Below are positions 9,974 to 17,986 of a stretch of 64,000 nucleotides of DNA, one piece after another. The position numbers and the translations under genes were made by a program. This DNA comes from an uncultured Clostridia bacterium (lineage in GTDB: Bacteria > Bacillota > Clostridia > TANB77 > CAG-508). The notes below the pieces were generated by a model, which saw nothing but the letters and a program-made list of their open reading frames with translations, was not told the DNA's origin and searched no databases. The stretch covers positions 72,486 through 136,485 of the forward strand of contig CALXBY010000001.1 in the NCBI GenBank assembly GCA_944386675.1, in the 5' to 3' direction. Numbering within the stretch: the first letter of the stretch is position 1; each line of letters begins with the position of its first letter.

Positions 9974-10004
9974 GTTGCCAAAATGGTCCGTCCCCTTTGG
10001 CAAC
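9974..10004. repeat. Hairpin with a conserved GC-rich loop (ATGGTCCGTCCCC)
   Basis: The stem is GTTGCCAAA/TTTGGCAAC. Its 13-nt loop shares (A)TG.GTCCGTCCCC with the loops of the 24744..24856 inverted-repeat arms, although the stems differ. Confidence 0.6.
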
Positions 10005-10107
10005 GATAAGCTTTTTAATTATTGTATTTTAGTATAAAATATGATATAAATAATATGTTAAATTTATTAGTAGAAGAGGAATGGATAATTAGGAGAGGAG
10101 GCAAACT

Positions 10108-12069
10108 ATGTTCAAATTACATTCAGAATATAAGCCAACAGGTGACCAACCTAAAGCAATTGAATATTTATCAAAAGGAATAGAAGAGGGAAAGAAGTTT
10201 CAAACATTACTAGGTGTTACAGGTTCTGGAAAAACTTTTACAATGGCAAATATCATTCAAAAAGTACAAAAACCAACACTTGTTTTAGCACATAATAAGA
10301 CTCTTGCAGGGCAATTATATAGTGAATTCAAAGAGTTTTTTCCAGAAAACAATGTGGAATATTTTGTCTCTTATTATGATTATTATCAACCAGAAAGTTA
10401 TATACCACAATCAGATACATATATAGAAAAAGATTCCTCAGTAAATGATGAAATCGATAAATTAAGACATTCAGCAACATTATCTTTATTTGAAACAAGA
10501 GATGTTATCATTGTTGCTTCTGTTTCTTGTATTTATGGTTTAGGAGATCCAGAAGATTATCAAGAAATGATGTTATCTTTAAGACCAGGTATGCAAAAGG
10601 GAAGAGATGAGGTTTTAAGAAAATTAATTACCATGCAATATACGAGAAATGAAATAGATTTTAAAAGAGGAACATTTAGAGCAAAAGGAGATATTGTAGA
10701 AATTTATCCATCTGACCAATCAGAATCTGCAATTAGAGTAGAATTTTGGGGAGATGAAATTGAAAAATTAGTTGAAATTAATCCACTAACTGGAAAAACA
10801 ATTGGAAGTAGAAGACATGTTTTAATTTCTCCAGCATCACATTATGTAACAACAAAAAACAAAATGGAAAGAGCAATTACAACAATTGAAGAAGAATTAG
10901 AAGAAAGAATTAAATATTTTAAAGACCATAATAAGTTGATTGAAGCACAAAGAATTGAAGAAAGAACAAATTTTGATATTGAAATGATGAAAGAAACTGG
11001 ATTTTGTTCTGGAATTGAAAACTATTCTAGACATATTAGTGGAAGAAAACCAGGAAGTCCGCCATATACGTTATTTGATTACTTTCCAAAGGATTTCTTA
11101 TTATTGGTTGATGAATCTCATGCAACGATTCCACAAGTAAGAGCTATGTATAATGGTGACCACTCAAGAAAAGAATCATTAATTAATTATGGATTTCGAT
11201 TACCTTCTGCATTTGACAATAGACCATTAACATTTCAGGAATTTGAAAAGAAATTAAATCAAGTTGTATTTGTTAGTGCTACACCAGGAGATTATGAAAA
11301 AGAACATAGTAAAGAAAATATTGTAGAGCAAATTATTAGACCAACTGGTTTATTAGACCCTAAGATAGAAGTAAAACCAGTAACAAATCAAATAGATGAT
11401 TTATTAGAACAAATTCGTATACGAGTTGAAAGAAATGAAAGAGTTCTAGTAACCACTTTAACGAAAAAAATGGCAGAGGATTTAACAGATTATCTAAAAG
11501 GATTAGATATTAAAGTAAATTATATGCATTCAGATACCAAAACATTAGAAAGAATGGAGATTATTCGAAATTTAAGATTAGGTGAATTTGATGTTTTAGT
11601 TGGTATTAACCTATTAAGAGAAGGATTAGATATTCCAGAGGTATCTTTGGTTGCTATATTAGATGCAGACAAAGAAGGCTTTTTACGTTCAGAAAGGTCT
11701 TTAATTCAAACAATAGGAAGAGCGGCCAGAAATACAGATGGTACAGTTATTATGTATGCAGATGAATTAACAGAAAGCATGGAAAAAGCAATTTCAGAAA
11801 CTAATAGAAGAAGAAGAATCCAAGAAGCATATAATAAAGAACACAATATAACACCTAAAACGATTAGAAAATCGGTACGTGATTCTATTAAAGTAACGAT
11901 TACTGATGACATAGGTGTAGAATATAAACTAGAAAAAGAAGAAGATATTAAAGATACAATTACAAAATTAACAGATGAAATGTTAAAATATGCAGCTGAA
12001 ATGGAATTTGAAAAGGCAGCAGAATTAAGGGATAAAATAAAGGAATTAGAAAAATTAATTTCAGAATAA
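10108..12069 (+). CDS. uvrB: Excinuclease ABC subunit B
   Basis: It begins [18 protein letters not shown]. Walker [11 protein letters not shown], helicase motifs and the C-terminal UVR motif [15 protein letters not shown] are present. 653 aa. Confidence 0.97.
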   Translation: MFKLHSEYKPTGDQPKAIEYLSKGIEEGKKFQTLLGVTGSGKTFTMANIIQKVQKPTLVLAHNKTLAGQLYSEFKEFFPENNVEYFVSYYDYYQPESYIPQSDTYIEKDSSVNDEIDKLRHSATLSLFETRDVIIVASVSCIYGLGDPEDYQEMMLSLRPGMQKGRDEVLRKLITMQYTRNEIDFKRGTFRAKGDIVEIYPSDQSESAIRVEFWGDEIEKLVEINPLTGKTIGSRRHVLISPASHYVTTKNKMERAITTIEEELEERIKYFKDHNKLIEAQRIEERTNFDIEMMKETGFCSGIENYSRHISGRKPGSPPYTLFDYFPKDFLLLVDESHATIPQVRAMYNGDHSRKESLINYGFRLPSAFDNRPLTFQEFEKKLNQVVFVSATPGDYEKEHSKENIVEQIIRPTGLLDPKIEVKPVTNQIDDLLEQIRIRVERNERVLVTTLTKKMAEDLTDYLKGLDIKVNYMHSDTKTLERMEIIRNLRLGEFDVLVGINLLREGLDIPEVSLVAILDADKEGFLRSERSLIQTIGRAARNTDGTVIMYADELTESMEKAISETNRRRRIQEAYNKEHNITPKTIRKSVRDSIKVTITDDIGVEYKLEKEEDIKDTITKLTDEMLKYAAEMEFEKAAELRDKIKELEKLISE

Positions 12070-12072
12070 GTC

Positions 12073-12104
12073 AAAAAAATAGAGGCTTCAACCTCTATTT
12101 TTTG
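12073..12104. terminator. Bidirectional terminator between convergent genes
   Basis: AAAAATAGAGG pairs with CCTCTATTTTT, flanked by an A-run and a T-run. Confidence 0.75.
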
Positions 12105-12135
12105 TTGCAATATTCGACATTTTTTATAACTTTTC

Positions 12136-12714
12136 TTATAAATTTGCATTGTCTTCATCATTATTTGTTGGAGATTCATCAGTAGGCTTTTCAGAAATAT
12201 GAACAACACCATCTCCTTGATAAGAAGTTGCAGTTGAGAAATTTCCCTTTCCAACATATTCTGATTTTCCAAATCCTAAAATCATATAGAAAATAGTTGG
12301 TAAGAATAATAATCCAATTGTATATCCAACATCTTTACCAAATGATTTTGCTAAAGAGTTACATTGATATATTGAAATTCCTAAAGCTACAAGCCAACCA
12401 ACCAATGGAATAATTCCAGCTAAATATCCAAAAATAATCCATGGTGAAAGTCCAGAAATTTTAAATAGAATTACCATATTATAGATTGGTATAATACATT
12501 TCCAGCCCTTTTCACCTGCCTTTGTGAAAACTTTCCACATTCCAGCTAATTGTAAAATAGCAATTACAAGACTGATAACAATAGCGATTCCTAAAAAAGC
12601 TCCTAAAACAGCTCCTAAAGCTGCAAATATTGATGAATCGGCGGTTGCAGTATATCCATAATCATAATAGTCATAATAGCTTGGATAAGTAGAATAATAG
12701 TCATAATACTCCAT
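12136..12714 (-). CDS. Membrane protein, DUF5684-like
   Basis: MWKVFTKAGEKGWKCIIPIYNMVILFKISGLSPW matches my memory of the DUF5684 core. It has a Y/D-rich N-terminus and about 4 TM helices. Confidence 0.55.
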   Translation of the reverse strand: MEYYDYYSTYPSYYDYYDYGYTATADSSIFAALGAVLGAFLGIAIVISLVIAILQLAGMWKVFTKAGEKGWKCIIPIYNMVILFKISGLSPWIIFGYLAGIIPLVGWLVALGISIYQCNSLAKSFGKDVGYTIGLLFLPTIFYMILGFGKSEYVGKGNFSTATSYQGDGVVHISEKPTDESPTNNDEDNANL

Positions 12715-12863
12715 AAATTTATCCTCCTTTCATATTTCATAATTAAATTTTTACATTTCTCGACAAAAAAGTCAATATAAAATAGAAAAAAACTTGTATA
12801 AAAAAAATTAGTCTGATATAATCTAGATAATTACCTAATAATAATATACGAGGAGGTATTAAA

Positions 12864-13364
12864 ATGAGTGAAAACAAATGTCAATGTGGTAATCAAAAAA
12901 AAGATGAATTTATGCAGAAATTGTTCGATGAATATTTACCTATCAAAGATAATTTAATTCAAATGTTAAATGAAGTACAAGAGCATTATGGATATATTCC
13001 ACAAAATGCACAAAAAGAACTTTCAGAATTTTTAAATATTCCAATGGCAGAAATTTATGGAGTCATAACTTTTTATTCGAGATTTACCCTAAAACCTAAA
13101 GGAAAATATAATATTTCAGTATGCTTGGGAACGGCGTGTTATGTAAAAGGTTCTCAAAAAATTATGGATAGATTAAAAGAAAGATTACAAATCGAACCAG
13201 GTGAAACGACAAAAGACGGTTTATTTTCTATTGAGGAAACAAGATGTGTCGGTGCATGTGGTTTAGCACCAGTGTTTACTGTAAATGGTGAGGTATATGG
13301 AAAAGCAACTGTGAAAAAACTAGATGAGGTTTTAGATGAAATGATAAATAGCGAGAAGAAATAA
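12864..13364 (+). CDS. hydC: NuoE-like [2Fe-2S] subunit of a trimeric [FeFe]-hydrogenase
   Basis: The thioredoxin-like 2Fe-2S pattern is C..GTACYVKG...C(V)GACGLAP. It is the first gene of a three-gene hyd operon. Confidence 0.85.
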   Translation: MSENKCQCGNQKKDEFMQKLFDEYLPIKDNLIQMLNEVQEHYGYIPQNAQKELSEFLNIPMAEIYGVITFYSRFTLKPKGKYNISVCLGTACYVKGSQKIMDRLKERLQIEPGETTKDGLFSIEETRCVGACGLAPVFTVNGEVYGKATVKKLDEVLDEMINSEKK

Positions 13365-13386
13365 AAAGTTATAGGAGGAAGAAAGT

Positions 13387-15246
13387 ATGAAAAGTCTAGA
13401 AGAAATTCACAAAATAAGAGAAGAAAAAAGGAAAGAATTAGATTTAAGAGTAAACACAAAAGCAGATACTAGAGAAAAACATATTTTGGTTTGTCATGGT
13501 ACAGGTTGTACTTCTTCAAAATCACCTGAAATTTTAGAAAATTTTAGAAGAATTTTGAAAGAAAAAAATATAACTAATGTAAGAGTTATCAAAACTGGTT
13601 GTTTTGGTCTTTGTGCGAAAGGCCCTATTGTCATTATTAGACCAGAAGATACCTTTTATGCATTAGTAACACCAGAAGATTGTGAAGAAATCATTGATAG
13701 CCATATTGTAAAAGGTGAAAGAGTAGAAAGATTACTTTGTAAAGATATAGATGGAACTGTTGTAAATAGTCTAGATGAATTAAACTTTTATAAAAAGCAA
13801 AAAAGAATTGCTCTTAAAAATTGTGGTGTTGTGAATCCAGAAGAAATTGATGAATACATAGCGTTTGATGGATATAAAGCATTAGAGAAAGTATTAAAAG
13901 AAATGACACAAGATGAAGTCATTGATGTTGTAAAAGAGTCTGGATTAAGAGGTAGAGGAGGCGCAGGTTTTCCTACTGGTAAGAAGTGGGAACTTACCAA
14001 AGCGTCAGAAGGAGACCAAAAATATGTGGTTTGTAATGCTGATGAAGGTGACCCAGGAGCTTTTATGGATAGAAGTATCTTAGAAGGAGACCCTCATTCT
14101 GTACTAGAAGCTATGGAAATTGCAGGATATGCTATTGGGGCAAATAAAGGATATATCTATGTTAGAGCAGAATATCCAATTGCAGTTCAAAGATTAAAAA
14201 TTGCGATAGACCAAGCAAGAGAATATGGAATATTAGGAGAAAACATTTTTGGAACAGATTTTAGCTTTGATATTGAAATTCGTTTAGGTGCAGGAGCTTT
14301 TGTTTGTGGTGAAGAAACAGCTTTACTAGAATCTATTGAAGGAAAAAGAGGGCAACCAAGAGTTAAACCACCATATCCAGCACAATCAGGATTATGGGGA
14401 AAACCTACTTTAATTAATAATGTAGAAACCTATGCCAATATTGCACAAATCATATTAAAAGGAGCAAAATGGTATTCTTCAATTGGAACCCAAAGCTCAA
14501 AAGGAACAAAAGTATTTGCTTTAGGTGGAAATGTAAACAATATAGGATTAGTAGAAGTACCTATGGGAACAACCCTAAGAGAAATTATATATGACATTGG
14601 TGGCGGAATTCCAAATGGAAGAGATTTTAAAGCTGCCCAAACAGGTGGACCTTCAGGAGGATGTATACCAAAAGAACATTTAGATACACCTATTGATTAT
14701 GAATCTTTAAAAGAGATTGGCTCAATGATGGGGTCAGGTGGATTGATTGTTATGGATGATACCAAATGTATGGTAGCCTTAGCAAAATTCTATCTAGATT
14801 TTACAGTAAGTGAAAGTTGTGGTAAATGTACACCTTGTAGAATTGGAACAAAAAGAATGCTAGAAATATTAGAAAGATTATGTAATGGAGAAGGAGAAGA
14901 ATTAGATATCTATAAACTAGAAAAACTAGCAGCAAATATTCAAAAAGCAAGTATTTGTGGATTAGGTCAAACAGCACCAAATCCAGTTGTAAGTACCCTA
15001 AAGTACTTTAGAGAAGAATTTAGACAACATGCTATTCAAAAAGAATGTAGAACATTAGAATGTAAGGCAATGGCAAAAATCACAGTTAATGAAGAAAAAT
15101 GTAAAGGATGTGGCTTATGCCAAAAACACTGTCCAGTAAATGCTATAGATGGTTCAGGAAGAGACAAAAGAATTATCAATCAAGAAAAATGTATTAAATG
15201 TGGTACATGTATTGCAAGTTGTCCATTCCATGCAATAGGCAATTAG
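13387..15246 (+). CDS. hydB: NuoF-like flavoprotein subunit of a trimeric [FeFe]-hydrogenase
   Basis: GRGGAGFPTGKKW marks the FMN/NADH site and ESCGKCTPCR the Fe-S site. There is an N-terminal CHGTGC...CFGLC 2Fe-2S motif and two C-terminal CxxCxxCxxxCP ferredoxin motifs. Confidence 0.9.
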   Translation: MKSLEEIHKIREEKRKELDLRVNTKADTREKHILVCHGTGCTSSKSPEILENFRRILKEKNITNVRVIKTGCFGLCAKGPIVIIRPEDTFYALVTPEDCEEIIDSHIVKGERVERLLCKDIDGTVVNSLDELNFYKKQKRIALKNCGVVNPEEIDEYIAFDGYKALEKVLKEMTQDEVIDVVKESGLRGRGGAGFPTGKKWELTKASEGDQKYVVCNADEGDPGAFMDRSILEGDPHSVLEAMEIAGYAIGANKGYIYVRAEYPIAVQRLKIAIDQAREYGILGENIFGTDFSFDIEIRLGAGAFVCGEETALLESIEGKRGQPRVKPPYPAQSGLWGKPTLINNVETYANIAQIILKGAKWYSSIGTQSSKGTKVFALGGNVNNIGLVEVPMGTTLREIIYDIGGGIPNGRDFKAAQTGGPSGGCIPKEHLDTPIDYESLKEIGSMMGSGGLIVMDDTKCMVALAKFYLDFTVSESCGKCTPCRIGTKRMLEILERLCNGEGEELDIYKLEKLAANIQKASICGLGQTAPNPVVSTLKYFREEFRQHAIQKECRTLECKAMAKITVNEEKCKGCGLCQKHCPVNAIDGSGRDKRIINQEKCIKCGTCIASCPFHAIGN

Positions 15247-15310
15247 AAATGTGCCAAAAAGGACAGACCCACATATAAATCATTTTAAATGAGTTAAGGA
15301 GAAGATTAAT

Positions 15311-17062
15311 ATGGAAAAAGAAATGGTTAATTTAATAATTGACAATCAAAAAATAACAGTACCTAAAGGAACAACAATTTTAAATGCTGCTAAAAAAGCA
15401 GGAATTGATATCCCAACATTATGCTTTTTAAAAGACATCAATGAAGTGGGAGATTGTAGAATGTGTATTGTAGAAGTCGAAGGAAGAAGGGGATTTGCAA
15501 CCTCTTGTATCCAAACAGTAGAAGAAGGAATGGTTGTCCATACACATACGCCAAATGTATTAGAAGCACGTCATGTTATTCTAGATTTAATAATTTCAAA
15601 CCATGCAAAAGATTGCTTAACCTGTACACGTTCAGGAAATTGTGAATTACAAGCATTAGCTACAAAATTCAATGTTTTAAATATTGAATTTGAAGGAGAA
15701 AGAACAGAACACAAAATTGATGACTTATCTCCATCTATTGTCAGAGATTTTAACAAATGTATTTTATGTAGAAGATGTGTAGCAGCATGTAAAAATGTAC
15801 AAAAAATCGGTGCAATCGATTGTATTAATAGAGGTTTTGAATCTTGTATATCAACTGTTGGAGACCATAGTTTAAATGATGTTAACTGTACATTTTGTGG
15901 TCAATGTATAGAGGCATGTCCAACAGGTGCTTTACATGAAAAAGAAACGATTAATGATGTATGGGTAAAATTAAAAGACCCAGAAACAACGGTTATTGTA
16001 CAAACAGCGCCAGCAGTTAGAGTTGCTCTTGGCGAAGAATTCGGCATGCCAATTGGTACTAATGTCGTTGGAAAAATGGTTACTGCATTAAAACGTTTAG
16101 GGTTTGACAAAGTATTTGATACGAATACAGGTGCTGACCTTACGATTATGGAAGAAGCCAATGAATTTATAGAAAGATTTACAAAAAATGATAATTTGCC
16201 TATGATTACATCTTGTAGTCCAGGTTGGGTAAAATATATAGAAATGAATTATCCAGAATTATTACCACATCTATCTAGCTGTAAATCTCCACATGAAATG
16301 TTTGGAGCTATTCTAAAAACCTATTATGCAAAAAGAGAAGGATTAGACCCAGAAAAAATTTATGTTGTTTCAGTAATGCCATGTATTGCTAAAAAGTTTG
16401 AAAGACAAAGACCAGAAATGATGGAAGATAATTTATATGATGTAGATAATGTTATTACAACTAGAGAATTGGCAAGAATGATAAAACAAGCCAATATTGA
16501 ATTTGAAAAATTAGAAGATAGTAATTTCGACAGTCCTATGGGAGAAGCAAGTGGTGCAGGAGCTATCTTTGGAACAACCGGTGGTGTTATGGAAGCAGCT
16601 TTAAGAACAGCGCAAGATACTTTGACTGGAGAAGATTTACCAAAAATTGATTTTGAGCAGGTAAGAGGCGGAGAAGGGATAAAAAGAGCAACTATTATTA
16701 TTGCAGGAAAAGATATTAATGTTGTTGCAGCAAGTGGCTTAGCAAATGCAAGAACTATATTAGAAGAAATTAAATCAGGAAAAGCAAATTATCAATTTGT
16801 TGAAATTATGGCTTGCCCAGGTGGTTGTATCATGGGTGGTGGTCAACCAATTAAGAGTTCTAAAGTAAGAGCAGAAGTAGATGTTAGAAAATTAAGAGCA
16901 GATGCTTTATATTCAATTGATGAAAGAAGTATTGTTAGAAAATCACATGAAAATCCTGTTATGAAAAAATTATATAAAGATTTCTTGGAAAAACCAGGAA
17001 GTGAAATAGCAGAAAGATTGTTACATACAACATATACTAAAAGAGAAAAATATAATATTTAA
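15311..17062 (+). CDS. hydA: [FeFe]-hydrogenase catalytic subunit
   Basis: N-terminal 2Fe-2S and HxCxxC motifs and two 4Fe-4S motifs are present. H-cluster motifs are ITSCSPGW (a variant of TSCCPxW), MPCIAKKFE and EIMACPGGCIMGGGQP. Confidence 0.93.
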   Translation: MEKEMVNLIIDNQKITVPKGTTILNAAKKAGIDIPTLCFLKDINEVGDCRMCIVEVEGRRGFATSCIQTVEEGMVVHTHTPNVLEARHVILDLIISNHAKDCLTCTRSGNCELQALATKFNVLNIEFEGERTEHKIDDLSPSIVRDFNKCILCRRCVAACKNVQKIGAIDCINRGFESCISTVGDHSLNDVNCTFCGQCIEACPTGALHEKETINDVWVKLKDPETTVIVQTAPAVRVALGEEFGMPIGTNVVGKMVTALKRLGFDKVFDTNTGADLTIMEEANEFIERFTKNDNLPMITSCSPGWVKYIEMNYPELLPHLSSCKSPHEMFGAILKTYYAKREGLDPEKIYVVSVMPCIAKKFERQRPEMMEDNLYDVDNVITTRELARMIKQANIEFEKLEDSNFDSPMGEASGAGAIFGTTGGVMEAALRTAQDTLTGEDLPKIDFEQVRGGEGIKRATIIIAGKDINVVAASGLANARTILEEIKSGKANYQFVEIMACPGGCIMGGGQPIKSSKVRAEVDVRKLRADALYSIDERSIVRKSHENPVMKKLYKDFLEKPGSEIAERLLHTTYTKREKYNI

Positions 17063-17153
17063 TAAAAATTTATTGTGCAACTGTCAGGGAAAAGCGATAT
17101 TTTTGAATAGTAAAAATTCCCTATATACCGGGAGTTTTTGCTATTATAAAATA

Positions 17154-17182
17154 TTGCTTTTTTTGATAATTAATGGTATAAT
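17154..17182 (+). promoter_or_regulatory. Sigma-A-type promoter for the 17286 cassette
   Basis: TTGCTT, a 17-nt spacer, then TATAAT with an upstream TG (tggTATAAT). Confidence 0.55.
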
Positions 17183-17285
17183 ATATTTATCTAATGTGCT
17201 TACACAGCAAGTACAGGAGAAATTTATTGAATTTTTTCTGGAGGGGCTGTGTATAAACCTCCAGAATACTTGATGGAGGGAAAAA

Positions 17286-17582
17286 ATGAAAACAAAAGCA
17301 GAAAAACTGACGATTCTTGCAGCTAGATTAATGGAGTCTGAGGATAAGTTGCTTCAAAGTGCAACGGTTCCGGCATATAATGATGCCATTCGGGCAATTA
17401 AAACTTGCCTAGATGTAGCACTCCAGGCCAAAGAGCTGACTGACTTTTGGTCAACTGTAAGAGAAGTAAAAGATGAGCTGAAGAAGCTCGAGATGGGTGA
17501 GATTATGAAGCGGCAGTTTTCGTGCGATAAGCTGTATAAACAGCTTATCATTACGGCAGTTGAAGAGATTGAAAAGAATTAA
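17286..17582 (+). CDS. Hypothetical 98-aa helical protein with atypical codon usage
   Basis: SD GGAGGG lies upstream. My hand count is 121 G+C in 297 nt (~41%). It uses CTG, CTC, CCG, ACG, GAG and AAG heavily and has two in-frame CGG codons. I recognise no family. Confidence 0.6.
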   Translation: MKTKAEKLTILAARLMESEDKLLQSATVPAYNDAIRAIKTCLDVALQAKELTDFWSTVREVKDELKKLEMGEIMKRQFSCDKLYKQLIITAVEEIEKN

Positions 17583-17593
17583 TCCCACTTAAG

Positions 17594-17628
17594 CACCCCT
17601 AGAGAGATGGAAAATTTCTCTGGGGGTG
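17594..17628 (+). terminator. GC-rich hairpin downstream of the 98-aa ORF, without a clear U-tract
   Basis: CACCCCTAGAGA pairs with TCTCTGGGGGTG as a 12-bp stem with one G-U pair and an 11-nt loop. It is followed by tggcatg rather than a T-run. Confidence 0.4.
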
Positions 17629-17707
17629 TGGCATGTATATAAATTTAATTTTTAATTTGTAAATTATTAAAAATTATAATAAAACCATGAAAATTATTTA
17701 TTTTCTA

Positions 17708-17889
17708 TTGCAACTTTTGGATAAATGGTATATAGTAAAAAAGGGTGTAAAAAAATGACAAAATTTGTAGAAAATATTACAAAAATAGAAGCAAGTAATA
17801 TCAATAGAAATATTGTTTATTTAGCATTCCCAATTTTAAAATTTATAAGGTAAGTGTTTATATCAATTCTTTTAGAATTGATATTTTTT
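17708..17889 (+). promoter_or_regulatory. Promoter, 32-codon uORF and intrinsic terminator upstream of the uracil permease-upp gene
   Basis: TTGCAA-17-TATAGT lies at 17708..17736. The ORF at 17755..17853 (MTKFVENITKIEASNINRNIVYLAFPILKFIR) has SD AAGGGTG. The hairpin ATATCAATTC/GAATTGATAT plus TTTTT lies at 17860..17889. Confidence 0.4.
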
Positions 17890-17986
17890 ATTATATAAAA
17901 CATTTTATGCTCTATATAATAAAAAATAATATTGCGCGGGATTTGTCCCACTAAATACTTACTAAGAAAATAGAAGGAGGCATTTT

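Noticed and set aside
9958-10107. A LexA/Cheo box (GAAC-N4-GTTC) upstream of uvrB.
   Set aside because: No GAAC...GTTC dyad is present in the 150 nt upstream of the start.
15249-15274. A fourth member of the GTCCGTCCCC-loop hairpin family, between hydB and hydA.
   Set aside because: The stem is only 5 bp (ATGTG/CACAT). The loop GGACAGACC matches the conserved 10-mer only partially, so chance cannot be excluded.
17073-17273. The 66-aa ORF between hydA and cassette A.
   Set aside because: It spans the predicted promoter and structured leader of the 17286 ORF. It has no SD and its composition is non-coding.
17594-17628. A PyrR-binding loop upstream of the uracil transporter (CCUAGAGAGA resembles UCCAGAGAGG).
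   Set aside because: The match is imperfect. The motif sits within the stem rather than in a terminal loop or bulge. The hairpin is 360 nt upstream and separated from the transporter by another promoter and terminator.
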